In this document: positions 26,429 through 35,750 of the stretch, in pieces
Layout: every line of letters starts with the position of its first letter
Position numbering within the stretch: the first letter of the stretch is position 1
Assembly (NCBI GenBank): GCA_963724765.1
Contig: CAVRVY010000001.1
Coordinates: 1,088,001 to 1,152,000 of the forward strand
Direction: 5' to 3'
From: an uncultured delta proteobacterium
GTDB taxonomy: Bacteria > Desulfobacterota > Binatia > Binatales > Binataceae
DNA: 64,000 nt
Translations under genes and position numbers: made by a program
Notes under the pieces: model-generated
What the model was told of the DNA's origin: nothing
Database searches by the model: none
The model's input: the letters and a program-made list of their open reading frames with translations, nothing else

Positions 26429-27160
26429 CTAACGCGCGCGCTCGGGGTTGCGTTGCGGCTCGAGCACGATTTCTACCGGACATGCGCGCACTGGCGCGCG
26501 CAGCACGGACATCACCGCCTCCGCCACGTCCTCGGGTGCGAGCATCAGTGAGCGGTCGAGATGCTTGTTGTGCGGGATGAGCGCGGTGTCGGCCAGTCCC
26601 GGAATTATCACCGCCAGCTTCACGCCGCTCGAGCGAAGCTCGGCAAAGGCGGCGCGGCTGAACGCGACCAGCCCGGCCTTGGCCGCCGCATAGACCGTCT
26701 CTCCAGCCGGTGTGCTGTGCGCCGCTGCCGAAGCGATATTGACGATCGCGCCGCCGCCGCTTTTGACCATTCGCGTCGCGGCCAGGCGTGCAAGCGCGAT
26801 CGGCGCGCGCAGATTCACGGCCAGAATGCGGTCCTGCGTCGCCGCGCTGGTCTTGAGCAGCGGCGTTCGCGGCGGAGCCCATCCGGCATTGTTCACCAGC
26901 ACGTCGACTTGTCCGAAATGCTCGAGCGCCGTATCGAATAGCTCCTGTGGGCTCTCCTCGCCGGCGAGATCGATCAGCACGATGAGCGATCGCGCCGGCT
27001 CGAGGCCCGAAAGACGCCGCGTCTGTTCGAGTTCATCGAAGCTGCGCGCGGCCAAGCATAGTGCGTAGCCCTCGCGTGCGAGCGCCAGCGCTGTCGCGCG
27101 GCCGATTCCGCGTCCGGCGCCGGTTACCAGCGCAACGCGCTGCGTCTTTTGCCCTGCCAT
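26429..27160 (-). CDS. SDR family oxidoreductase (SDR2)
   Basis: TGAGRGIG, LVNNAG and YAAAK motifs. Confidence 0.92.
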   Translation of the reverse strand: MAGQKTQRVALVTGAGRGIGRATALALAREGYALCLAARSFDELEQTRRLSGLEPARSLIVLIDLAGEESPQELFDTALEHFGQVDVLVNNAGWAPPRTPLLKTSAATQDRILAVNLRAPIALARLAATRMVKSGGGAIVNIASAAAHSTPAGETVYAAAKAGLVAFSRAAFAELRSSGVKLAVIIPGLADTALIPHNKHLDRSLMLAPEDVAEAVMSVLRAPVRACPVEIVLEPQRNPERAR

Positions 27161-27300
27161 CCCGATATGCGGCGGCCCTGCCGCCGGTCAGAAACGCAGC
27201 TTGCACGATCAGGCCGACTTCCACAAACTGTGGTGGACACGGCCGCGGGCTGGGGGCTTCGTGAGGGCTGCGGCGCGCGCTGGGGAGGCAGGCAGCAACG

Positions 27301-28656
27301 ATGAATCCGCAGGTTTTTCGCGAGTACGATATTCGCGGCATTGTCGAGCGCGACTTCGACGACGACCTCGTCGTTAGTCTCGGACGCGCCTACGCGACGA
27401 TGCTCAAGCGGGCGGGCAAGGCCACGATTACGCTTGGCCGCGACTGCCGGCTGTCCTCGGACCGCCTGTTCGGGCTGCTGAGCGACGGACTGCTGCAAAG
27501 CGGCATCAACGTGGTCGACATCGGTGTCGTGCCCACCCCGCTTCTGTACTTTTCGGTGATTCACTGGCGGATGGACGGCGGCGCGATGATTACCGGCAGT
27601 CACAACGCCGCCGAATACAACGGCTTCAAGCTCGGCGTGGGGCCCTCGACCATGTACGGCGAAGAAATCCAGGAACTCCGGCGCATCATCGAGCGCAAGG
27701 ATTTTCCCGCCGCCGGCGCTCGCGGCGCGCTCAGCACGCGCTCGGTGCATGGCGACTACAACAACTTCATCAAGCGCACCATCACGCTGCGGCCGGGACT
27801 CAAGGTCGCGGTCGACGGCGGCAACGGATGCGGCGGGGTGGTCGCGGCGCCGTTGATGCGCGAGTTAGGACTCGAGACGGTCGAACTGTTCATTGAGATG
27901 GACGGCCGCTTCCCCAACCATCATCCAGACCCCACGGTCGAGGAGAACATGCGCGATCTCATCGCGGCGGTGAAGAGCAGCGGTGCGCGAATCGGGATTG
28001 CTTACGACGGTGACGCCGACCGGGTCGGCGCGGTCGACGAAAACGGCCGTATCGTGTGGGGCGACGAGTTGATGGTCGTGTTCTCGCGCGCGATTCTGCG
28101 CGAGCGTCCAGGCGCTGCGATTATCGGCGACGTCAAATGTTCCAACCGCATGTACGACGACATCACGGCGCACGGCGGCCGCGCGATCATGTGGAAGACC
28201 GGCCATTCGCTGATCAAGAGCAAGCTCAAGGAGGAGCACGCTGCGTTGGCCGGCGAGATGAGCGGGCATATGTTTTTCGCCGACCGCTACTACGGCTTCG
28301 ACGACGCCATCTACGCCTCTTTCCGCCTGCTCGAGATCGTCAGCCGCGAGGGCCGCGGTCTGGCCGACATCCTCGCCGACCTGCCCAAGAGCAGCTTCAC
28401 GCCCGAGATTCGTCTGGATTGCCCCGACGAGCGCAAGTTCGACGTGGTGCGCAAGGCCGCCGACTACTTCCGCGCGCACTACGAGGTGATCGAAATCGAC
28501 GGCGCACGAGTCAAGCTCCCCGGCGGATGGGGCCTCGTGCGCGCCTCGAATACGCAGCCGGCGCTGGTGATGCGCTTCGAGGCGCGCGACGAAAAGACCC
28601 GGGACGAAATTCGCACGCTGTTCGAGAGCAAGCTCAAAGAACTGGGCGCGATGTGA
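27301..28656 (+). CDS. algC: Phosphomannomutase/phosphoglucomutase
   Basis: FREYDIRG, TGSHN, DGDADR and GEMSGH motifs. Confidence 0.95.
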   Translation: MNPQVFREYDIRGIVERDFDDDLVVSLGRAYATMLKRAGKATITLGRDCRLSSDRLFGLLSDGLLQSGINVVDIGVVPTPLLYFSVIHWRMDGGAMITGSHNAAEYNGFKLGVGPSTMYGEEIQELRRIIERKDFPAAGARGALSTRSVHGDYNNFIKRTITLRPGLKVAVDGGNGCGGVVAAPLMRELGLETVELFIEMDGRFPNHHPDPTVEENMRDLIAAVKSSGARIGIAYDGDADRVGAVDENGRIVWGDELMVVFSRAILRERPGAAIIGDVKCSNRMYDDITAHGGRAIMWKTGHSLIKSKLKEEHAALAGEMSGHMFFADRYYGFDDAIYASFRLLEIVSREGRGLADILADLPKSSFTPEIRLDCPDERKFDVVRKAADYFRAHYEVIEIDGARVKLPGGWGLVRASNTQPALVMRFEARDEKTRDEIRTLFESKLKELGAM

Positions 28657-29711
28657 GCGCGGCCAGGCCGAGCGCGCTCATCATCGCCGGCGGACGCGGC
28701 ACCCGTTTTTGGCCCGAGAGCCGCGCCTGGCGTCCCAAGCCGCTGTTTTCGATTGACGGCCGCACCTCGTTGCTCGCTGACACTATCGCGCGGGTCGCGC
28801 CGGTGACCGGGCGCGCCCGGACGTTCGTGCTGGTTTCGGCCGATCAGCGCGCGATCTTCCGCAAAGCGCTGCGCGGCCTGGTCCCCCCCGCGAATCTCAT
28901 CGTCGAGCCGAGCGCACGCGGCACCGCGATCGCGATCGCTTACGGATGCGCGACGATCGCGCATCGCGCCGGCCCGGGTGTCGTCGCCGTGATGCCCGCC
29001 GACCACTACATCACGCCGCCCACGGCTTTTCGCCGCACGCTCGGCGACGCGATCTCGCTTGCCGCCACGCGCCACGCCGTGGTCGTGATCGGCGTCGTCC
29101 CCGATCGCCCCGAGCCCGGCTACGGCTATCAGCAGATCGGGCGACCGATGGGGCGCGGATTCCAGGTCGTGCGTTTCGTCGAAAAGCCGCCCCTTGCAGT
29201 GGCGCGCCGGATGGTCGCGTCGGGAAAGTTTTGGTGGAACGCCGGGATGTTCGTGATGGAGGCCGCGACGCTCGCCTCCGAGCTCGACCAGCACGCTTCG
29301 GGCCTCGCCGCCGCGATGCGCGAATTCGCCGGAGCGCCGGCGGCCAGGGTCGCGCGCATCTACCGCGGGCTCGACTTCGGCGCGTTCGACCGCGTAGTGG
29401 CCGAAAAGAGCCGCAACGTGCTGAGCGTGCGCGCGCGTTTTCGATGGCATGATGTGGGAAGCTGGGAGGGGCTTTGGGAGGCGCTTGGCGGGCGCGAATC
29501 CAACGTGCTCAAGGGCGAGGTGATCGCACTTGACTGCGAGGGCGTGCTGGCACGCGGCGGCGCGGGGCGCCTGACGGTGTTGCTGGGAGTTAAAGACCTG
29601 GTCGCAGTTGACACCGGCGACGCGCTCCTGATTGCCAGCCGCAAAAGCTCGCAGGATCTCCGCTGCGTGGTCGACGAACTCGCCCGCCGCCGCCTCGATC
29701 GCTACCTGTAG
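28653..29711 (+). CDS. manC: Mannose-1-phosphate guanylyltransferase
   Basis: AGGRGTRFWP.SR..PK, PADH, FVEKP, WNAGMF and WHDVGSW motifs. Confidence 0.9.
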   Translation: MSAARPSALIIAGGRGTRFWPESRAWRPKPLFSIDGRTSLLADTIARVAPVTGRARTFVLVSADQRAIFRKALRGLVPPANLIVEPSARGTAIAIAYGCATIAHRAGPGVVAVMPADHYITPPTAFRRTLGDAISLAATRHAVVVIGVVPDRPEPGYGYQQIGRPMGRGFQVVRFVEKPPLAVARRMVASGKFWWNAGMFVMEAATLASELDQHASGLAAAMREFAGAPAARVARIYRGLDFGAFDRVVAEKSRNVLSVRARFRWHDVGSWEGLWEALGGRESNVLKGEVIALDCEGVLARGGAGRLTVLLGVKDLVAVDTGDALLIASRKSSQDLRCVVDELARRRLDRYL

Positions 29712-29726
29712 TATGGCAGCCTGGAT

Positions 29727-30185
29727 TCAGTCGAGCGCCTGCGGGTCGCACTTTAGCGCGAGCTCGCGCAGTTCGCCGAGACTGCGATCGTCTTCGAGCG
29801 CTATCGTGCGCAGGCGCGCCGCAAACGCCGGATCGATTTCCTCCCAATGGAGCGCCTGCTGGTTCACCTCGCGCGAGAGCTCGAGCATCAGCGCAAGGTC
29901 GCCGCTCACGCGCGCCCAATTGCTGGAACCTTCGGCGCCCATCGGGTGCGGCAGCTTCGACCATGCGTGGCGCTTTCTGAGGAGCGCGTCGAGCGTGCGG
30001 GCGTGCTCAGCCTGGCGCGCCGCCAGCGCGACGAGGCCGCTGGCGATATTGGTGTAAGCGCAAAGCTCGGCGTGATGCGCCAGGCGGTCGGCCAGTTCCT
30101 GATGGCGGCCGGCGATGTCGGCCAGTTCGGCGAGCAGCCGCTCTTCGGGCGGTACCGTGGTAAACATGCGTTGCAGTATTCCCAT
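29727..30185 (-). CDS. Hypothetical all-helical (ferritin-like bundle?) protein
   Basis: Amphipathic helices; AEHA and EDD motifs; codon usage typical of the genome. Confidence 0.55.
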   Translation of the reverse strand: MGILQRMFTTVPPEERLLAELADIAGRHQELADRLAHHAELCAYTNIASGLVALAARQAEHARTLDALLRKRHAWSKLPHPMGAEGSSNWARVSGDLALMLELSREVNQQALHWEEIDPAFAARLRTIALEDDRSLGELRELALKCDPQALD

Positions 30186-30284
30186 CAGATTTTCATCGGA
30201 CTCGCATCAGCCGCGGGCCTTATTTGTCGCTGCCGCCAAATGATACACGCGGCAAACCGGATATGCATCGGCCATGCTTAATTT

Positions 30285-30869
30285 TCAAGCCTGTTCCGGG
30301 CCGGAGTCGGATGGAAAGACCGCGCGCACCAGGAACGATTCACGTTTGAAGAAGCCGCGCGTATGGTACGAGTTGCCCAGGCGCAACAGCGCGTAGTCGA
30401 AGTAGTGCGCCAACTCGTGCATCAGGGTGCGCAGAAAAGTTTTGGGCTTGACCACGTCGTGGCGCAGCGCCGTGCGCGTCCACAACACGATGCGCGGTGC
30501 GTCGGAATAGAAGATGCCGTGAAGCTCGCCGCGCTGGTTGCGCGGCCGTGCGCCTTTGACTTCGATCGGCACGACACGCACCTCGAGCAGCCGGCATAGC
30601 TCGGCCACCAGGGCTTGCGCCGCGCGCCCGGTGCCCGCGACGCTGCCGCTTTCGAGCGCCGCAACCAGGGCCTCGGCGAGCGCGAGCGCGTTGGGCCCGG
30701 CTACCAGGTCGAAGGCGTCGATCGCGTCGCTGCGCAGGTAGACCTTCTGGTCGCGTGGCGCGAGCCGGTAGAAAAAGCCCGGCAACGCGGCGCGGCCCGC
30801 GGCGGCGCCGCGCGGCGCCGCGGTGCGCGAGCGGGGTTGGGTCGCGCGATGACTTCGGCGGGTTTTCAA
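30285..30869 (-). CDS. Hypothetical HExxH (SprT-like) metallopeptidase
   Basis: TLMHELAHYFD..SYHTRGF. Confidence 0.65.
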   Translation of the reverse strand: MKTRRSHRATQPRSRTAAPRGAAAGRAALPGFFYRLAPRDQKVYLRSDAIDAFDLVAGPNALALAEALVAALESGSVAGTGRAAQALVAELCRLLEVRVVPIEVKGARPRNQRGELHGIFYSDAPRIVLWTRTALRHDVVKPKTFLRTLMHELAHYFDYALLRLGNSYHTRGFFKRESFLVRAVFPSDSGPEQA

Positions 30870-30968
30870 TGAATGCCTCGCAACAAATGCCTCGCAATCG
30901 ATGCCTCGGCTCTCCTATCATCCAGCAACCATCGCAGACCCGTAACGAATAGCGGAGAACGCAAACCT

Positions 30969-31451
30969 ATGGAACTCAGTGCAATCGAAATCGTTAAGCC
31001 CGCTGACGCTAACGTGATCATCGGCCAGGCCCACTTCATCAAGACCATCGAGGATCTTTACGAGGCGATCGTCGCAGCGGTGCCGGCGGTCAAGTTTGGC
31101 GTCGCCTTCTGCGAGGCCTCGGGACCGTGCCTCATCCGGCACACCGGAACCGACGCCGAACTGGAAAACGCCGCGGTGCGCGCCGCCAACGCGATCGGCG
31201 CGGGACACGTGTTCGTGATCATGCTTGGCAACGTTTTTCCGATAAACGTGCTCAACCAGGTGAAGGCGGTCGCGGAGGTATGTTCGATCTTCTGCGCCAC
31301 AGCCAATGAGGTGCGCGCGATCGTGGCCGCCGATGGCGGTGCGCGCGGCGTGATGGGCGTGATCGATGGCAGCGCGCCCAATGGAGTCGAGGGCGAGCAG
31401 GACCAGGCCGAGCGGCGTGCGATGCTGCGGCGGTTCGGTTACAAACAGTAG
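30969..31451 (+). CDS. Adenosine-specific kinase family (DUF355)
   Basis: NVIIGQAHFIKT.EDL, FCEASG, FPINVLN, IFCATAN and RFGYK motifs. Confidence 0.9.
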   Translation: MELSAIEIVKPADANVIIGQAHFIKTIEDLYEAIVAAVPAVKFGVAFCEASGPCLIRHTGTDAELENAAVRAANAIGAGHVFVIMLGNVFPINVLNQVKAVAEVCSIFCATANEVRAIVAADGGARGVMGVIDGSAPNGVEGEQDQAERRAMLRRFGYKQ

Positions 31452-31541
31452 CGGCGGTCGCGCGGTCGCTGGAATCGACGCTCGCGGGCCATTACGCTCA
31501 AGAGAGACGGGGATCGGGATTGCGATGAGATCGGAGAACCG

Positions 31542-33500
31542 ATGAGCCGAGCCGCGATAACGCCCGCGCCGGGCGCGAAGAAACAATCGCGCCCGCGCGA
31601 GCCCTGGATTATCAGGACCTACGCCGGTTTCGGCGACGCGCGACAGGCCAATCGGCGCTTTCTGGAGAACCTGGGCCGCGGACAGCGTGGACTTTCGATC
31701 GCTTTCGATCTGCCCACGCAAAACGGTTATGACCCCGACGCGCCGGTCGCGGCGGGCGAGGTCGGCAAGGCCGGCGTCTCGATCTGCCACTGGGGCGATA
31801 TGGAGGATTTGCTCGCCGGAATCGACCTGGGTGCGATCAACACCTCGATGACGATCAACGCGACCGCGCCGTTTCTGCTCGCGCTCTACCTGGTGGTCGC
31901 CGAGAAGCGCGGCGTGCCATGGACGGAGCTGCGCGGCACAACCCAGAACGATCTGCTCAAGGAATTCGTTGCGCGCGGCACCTCGATTTTCCATCCCGAG
32001 GTCTCCTTCCGCATCTCGACCGAACTCATCAGCTTCGCGGTCGAGCGTGTGCCCAACTGGAATCCGATCAACTGCTGTGGCTACCACTACATGGAGAGCG
32101 GGGCCGGCCCGGCCGAGGAAATCGGCTACACGTTCGGCAACGCGCTGATGATTCTCGACGCGCTGCGCCCGCGTCTGGCGCGCGAGGCTTTCGAGCAGAC
32201 CGTGCGGCGCATCTCGTTCTTTATCAATAGCGGCATCGAGTTGGTGCCCGAGATAAGCAAGGTGCGCGCCTACTTCAAGCTGTGGCGCGAGCTGTGCCGC
32301 GACGAATATGGCATCGACGACGTCGCTTTTCGCGCCGGATGCCAGGTGCGTTCGCTGACCCTCACCGAGCGTCAGCCCGAACTCAACATCATCCGCATCG
32401 CCTACGAGGCGCTGCCGGTGGTGATCTCGGCCGCCGCGCGCGTCAACGCCCTGCAGCTCCCGGGCTTTCGCGAGGCGATGGCGCTGCCAGACCAGGCCGA
32501 GCAGGCGCTCAGCCTGCGCACGCAGCAAATCCTGATGCACGAGACCGGGCTGGCCGAGTGGGGGGACATCTTCGAGGGCAGCAAGGTGATCGAGAAACTG
32601 ACCGGCGAAATTGCCGACCGTGCGCGCGCGATCGCACTCTCGCTGCGCGCCTCGGGCTACTCGCGTGCGATCGCTGTCGTCGGCGGTGAACTGACGCGTC
32701 TGCTCGCTGAACGCCAGCGCAAACTCGCAAACGGCGAACTGGTGCAGATTGGAGTCAATGCGTTTCTCGACGAGATTGGCCTCACCGGCCCCGGCTTCGT
32801 CACCGACGACGCGGCGGAACACGCGGCGGCCGAGCGCGAACGGATCGAGTCGCTCATCCGATGGCGCCGCGAGCGCGACGCCCATAGCGATGGCGCGGTC
32901 GCCCATGCGTTAGAAGCGCTGGAGCGCGCGGCCGCGAGCGGCGGCGGCGTGATGGAGCCGACGATCGATCTCGCGCGCGCCGGCGGCACGGTCGGCGAGT
33001 GGACCGCGGCTATCGAGCGCGCGACCAATGGCCGCTATACGCCGCCGGTGCTGGATCGCACGATGGCGCTGGCGCCGCTTGACGTCCCCCGCGCCCCACG
33101 CCGTATCCGCATCGCATTGGGCAAGGCCGGACTGGACGGCCATATCAACGCGGTCAAGCTGCTCGCGCATGCCTGCATGCAGGCCGGGATGGAGGTGATC
33201 CTAGCGGGCTTCAAACAGACGCCGGCCCAGATGGTCGAGACCGCGCTGCAGGAGGACGCCGAGGTGCTGGCGATAAGCTCGCTCGCCGGAGCTCACCTGG
33301 CGATCGCCCGCGAGACGGTCGCGCTGCTCAAGGAACGCGGCGCGGACGACGTGAGGCTGGTGATGGGCGGGATAATTCCCAATCGCGACCGCCAGGCGCT
33401 GCTCGAGATGGGTGTGCGCGCCGTGTTCACGCCCAAAGATTCAGACCTCGGCGAGATCGTGCGGCGGATTATCGAAGTATGCGACGGGGCGGCGGCTTGA
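31542..33500 (+). CDS. B12-dependent acyl-CoA mutase, ethylmalonyl-CoA mutase (Ecm/MeaA)-like
   Basis: PWIIRTYAG, GLSIAFDLPTQ.GYD, TSMTINA and QPE motifs; C-terminal B12 domain GLDGH. Confidence 0.85.
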   Translation: MSRAAITPAPGAKKQSRPREPWIIRTYAGFGDARQANRRFLENLGRGQRGLSIAFDLPTQNGYDPDAPVAAGEVGKAGVSICHWGDMEDLLAGIDLGAINTSMTINATAPFLLALYLVVAEKRGVPWTELRGTTQNDLLKEFVARGTSIFHPEVSFRISTELISFAVERVPNWNPINCCGYHYMESGAGPAEEIGYTFGNALMILDALRPRLAREAFEQTVRRISFFINSGIELVPEISKVRAYFKLWRELCRDEYGIDDVAFRAGCQVRSLTLTERQPELNIIRIAYEALPVVISAAARVNALQLPGFREAMALPDQAEQALSLRTQQILMHETGLAEWGDIFEGSKVIEKLTGEIADRARAIALSLRASGYSRAIAVVGGELTRLLAERQRKLANGELVQIGVNAFLDEIGLTGPGFVTDDAAEHAAAERERIESLIRWRRERDAHSDGAVAHALEALERAAASGGGVMEPTIDLARAGGTVGEWTAAIERATNGRYTPPVLDRTMALAPLDVPRAPRRIRIALGKAGLDGHINAVKLLAHACMQAGMEVILAGFKQTPAQMVETALQEDAEVLAISSLAGAHLAIARETVALLKERGADDVRLVMGGIIPNRDRQALLEMGVRAVFTPKDSDLGEIVRRIIEVCDGAAA

Positions 33501-33602
33501 TGCTGCACAAGGAAGGACGGCGAAGCGGTAGGCGCAGGTCTCCGGTGGTCGAAGCGCCGACATCGGAGGCGCGGGGCGAGGGTTGGTAAAAGAGAGGATG
33601 AG

Positions 33603-34073
33603 ATGAAGCTCAAAAGTTTATTGCTCGTTGTGAGCTGCGGAATCGCTTTCGCCGTTGCGGGCGCGCCGTGGGCGAATGCAGCCGAGGCGCGGCCGTGGCT
33701 TTGCCGCTCCAAGCCGGTTTTTTCGTCGGATTCCGCGATGACCTACCAGGTGGTCAATCACGGCGCCTCGCGATGGAACTTGCTATTGATGCAATTCGAG
33801 ATGGGCAGCGCACACGATGGCTATGAGATCGTGGCTTCGCAGGAATTGCCCGCGGACGCGGGACAGGCCAGCGGCACGCTCGCGCCCGGCCGCTACTTCG
33901 CGGTCGCGATGTATCGGAGTGGGGGAGGGCGCTGGATTTGCCCTGGCTACGCCGAGGACAAGGACCGTCCCGCCGGCGCAGTCAGCCGGATCTGTTACGA
34001 CGAAGATTCACCGGGATGCCCGGTGACGCTGACTGTCCGTTCCGCCGTTCCCGCGAGCGGAGCTTCACACTGA
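33603..34073 (+). CDS. Hypothetical secreted protein
   Basis: Signal peptide; 4 Cys in the mature part; RBS GAGG. Confidence 0.7.
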   Translation: MKLKSLLLVVSCGIAFAVAGAPWANAAEARPWLCRSKPVFSSDSAMTYQVVNHGASRWNLLLMQFEMGSAHDGYEIVASQELPADAGQASGTLAPGRYFAVAMYRSGGGRWICPGYAEDKDRPAGAVSRICYDEDSPGCPVTLTVRSAVPASGASH

Positions 34074-34081
34074 TCGCGAAA

Positions 34082-34130
34082 GCAAACGGCCGCCGCCAGA
34101 GCTCGTGAGCCCTCGACGGCGGCCGTTTGC
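34082..34130. terminator. Hairpin/terminator between convergent genes
   Basis: Perfect 14-bp stem (GCAAACGGCCGCCG/CGGCGGCCGTTTGC). Confidence 0.75.
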
Positions 34131-34166
34131 GTGGTATGCGCGCAACCGCTGTTGCGCCGCTATCGC

Positions 34167-34757
34167 CTAGTCAGTAGGTGCGTTGCTGCCGCGCGCGCTA
34201 TCGAGGTGCCCGTCCATCGACGCGGCGTCGATCGTCGAGGTCGCGCCCGTGCCGGCGGTCATTCCGGTGACGATGCAGTGGTACTGGCCCGCGTCGAGGT
34301 CATCGACCAGCAGCTTGTGCAGCAGCGAGCGATTACACTGCAACGTGGTGGTCGCCGGGATGCAGTAAGCGCCGGTGCTGGTCGGGGCGAAGCTAAGGCT
34401 GACCGCGAATTCGCCCGCGCCCGAGCCGAAGCTTCCCGAAGGCGGCGTGATCGTTCCGTTGACCGTCCCGTTGCAGACCTCCCCGGCCGGCACCGTGGGG
34501 TCAACCGCGTTGAAGGTCTCGGCGCCGCTCAGATTTCCTTTGGCGTCCGCGATCACCTGACCGATCGCGTCGATGCTCAGCCGGACCGGCGTGGTCGAGC
34601 TCTCAGGGGTCACCAACTCGTAGCCGTTGAGGCGGAGATTGAGGTTTCCTGACGGCACTGGCAGGTCCGCCGCGGCGGCGAATTGTCCGAGTCCCATCCC
34701 CATCGCTACCACTATAGCCGTCCCCGCCATGATCCTGATTTGACTCTTGAAGTTCAT
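34167..34757 (-). CDS. Hypothetical secreted beta-rich protein
   Basis: Signal peptide; Thr/Gly-rich; 4 Cys. Confidence 0.7.
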   Translation of the reverse strand: MNFKSQIRIMAGTAIVVAMGMGLGQFAAAADLPVPSGNLNLRLNGYELVTPESSTTPVRLSIDAIGQVIADAKGNLSGAETFNAVDPTVPAGEVCNGTVNGTITPPSGSFGSGAGEFAVSLSFAPTSTGAYCIPATTTLQCNRSLLHKLLVDDLDAGQYHCIVTGMTAGTGATSTIDAASMDGHLDSARGSNAPTD

Positions 34758-34813
34758 GCTACCTCTCTAAGACCTGTTGTTGCATACACTATTCCGTTAT
34801 TGACTATTAGCTA

Positions 34814-35131
34814 TTAATGAGTCTGATCGTATCTGTCCTCGTGATTCATGTAGCGGTACGGATGCGACTTCCAGTCGGCGCGTGCGATCGGATGCGTCGC
34901 GAGGTATTCGTGCAGCCCCGGATGATTAGCCATATACCTGGCGTTATCGACCAGGCCGGGATGCTGCTGGAGCTGCTGTGCGACCTCGGGATGCCGGTCG
35001 AGATAGTGATCCGTGGTGGCCAGCGGATGTGGGCCGCGCCAGTCCTGCGCCATGGCCGCGGTGCCTAGCGCTCCGGAGAAAACCACGACGGCGAGAGCGG
35101 TCAAGGTCTTTTTGAGTTGATGCCTCTTCAT
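34814..35131 (-). CDS. Small secreted protein with Y-L/M-x-x-HP repeats
   Basis: Signal peptide (AMA|Q); YLDRHP, LQQHP, YMANHP, YLATHP and WKSHP; strong RBS. Confidence 0.75.
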   Translation of the reverse strand: MKRHQLKKTLTALAVVVFSGALGTAAMAQDWRGPHPLATTDHYLDRHPEVAQQLQQHPGLVDNARYMANHPGLHEYLATHPIARADWKSHPYRYMNHEDRYDQTH

Positions 35132-35232
35132 TTCCCTTCCTCCTTTCTCCCTTGCGGGCGCGGCGATACCGTGGCCGCGTTTGTGGTCTGTGTTTTCCCC
35201 GTCAAAAATGCGGCGGCTATGTGCGGCGTGTC

Positions 35233-35508
35233 CTAGTGGCGCACGGCGTACAGCAGAAAGCCTGTGCCTTGCGCCAGGTGGCCAACGCTCGAGACGACGT
35301 CGGCACTGGTACGCCAGGCCTGGTTGCTCTGGTTGGAGAGATGGTCCTCGAGCTGCATCTTCTGTTGCGCGCTCAGTTGATCGTAGGACTGGTTGTAGTA
35401 GCTCGGCGCGTATTGCTGGGCCGCGCCTTGCGGGTCATACGCAGTGCATCCGGCGAGCTTGCACGCGCGTTTGCGATTGCCCTGGATACCCTGATCCTTC
35501 ATCGGCAT
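35233..35508 (-). CDS. Small hypothetical protein, possibly a lipoprotein remnant
   Basis: RBS AGGAGG; LAGC lipobox without a hydrophobic h-region. Confidence 0.45.
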   Translation of the reverse strand: MPMKDQGIQGNRKRACKLAGCTAYDPQGAAQQYAPSYYNQSYDQLSAQQKMQLEDHLSNQSNQAWRTSADVVSSVGHLAQGTGFLLYAVRH

Positions 35509-35537
35509 CCTCCTGTCTTCCCACGTTCAACCGCTTG

Positions 35538-35565
35538 GACGATCACGGGGCGGGTTTCGTTTACA
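35538..35565 (-). promoter_or_regulatory. Putative ECF promoter TGTAAAC-N16-TCGTC
   Basis: Mirror of the copy at 35600-35627. Confidence 0.7.
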
Positions 35566-35599
35566 TCGGGGATGCGTCTCGCCCGATTATTGAACATCG

Positions 35600-35627
35600 T
35601 GTAAACGGACAGCCCCGTGCTTTCGTC
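35600..35627 (+). promoter_or_regulatory. Putative autoregulatory ECF promoter TGTAAAC-N16-TCGTC
   Basis: Identical -35/-10 elements and spacing to the divergent copy; AAC and CGT cores. Confidence 0.7.
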
Positions 35628-35750
35628 AAAAGCGTCGGGAAAGGTAGCATCGGTCCGACGGTCAGCAGTGGGGGGGATTCCGCCGCCGGGCTGCGGGTTC
35701 GGACGGCGGCGTCTCGCTGGCCGAATTCGCGATGGGATGGAACGGTTGCG

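Noticed and set aside
35517-35643. Long imperfect palindrome as 6S RNA, riboswitch or MITE
   Set aside because: More simply explained by two divergent promoters with the same motif; no family-defining RNA motifs recognised.
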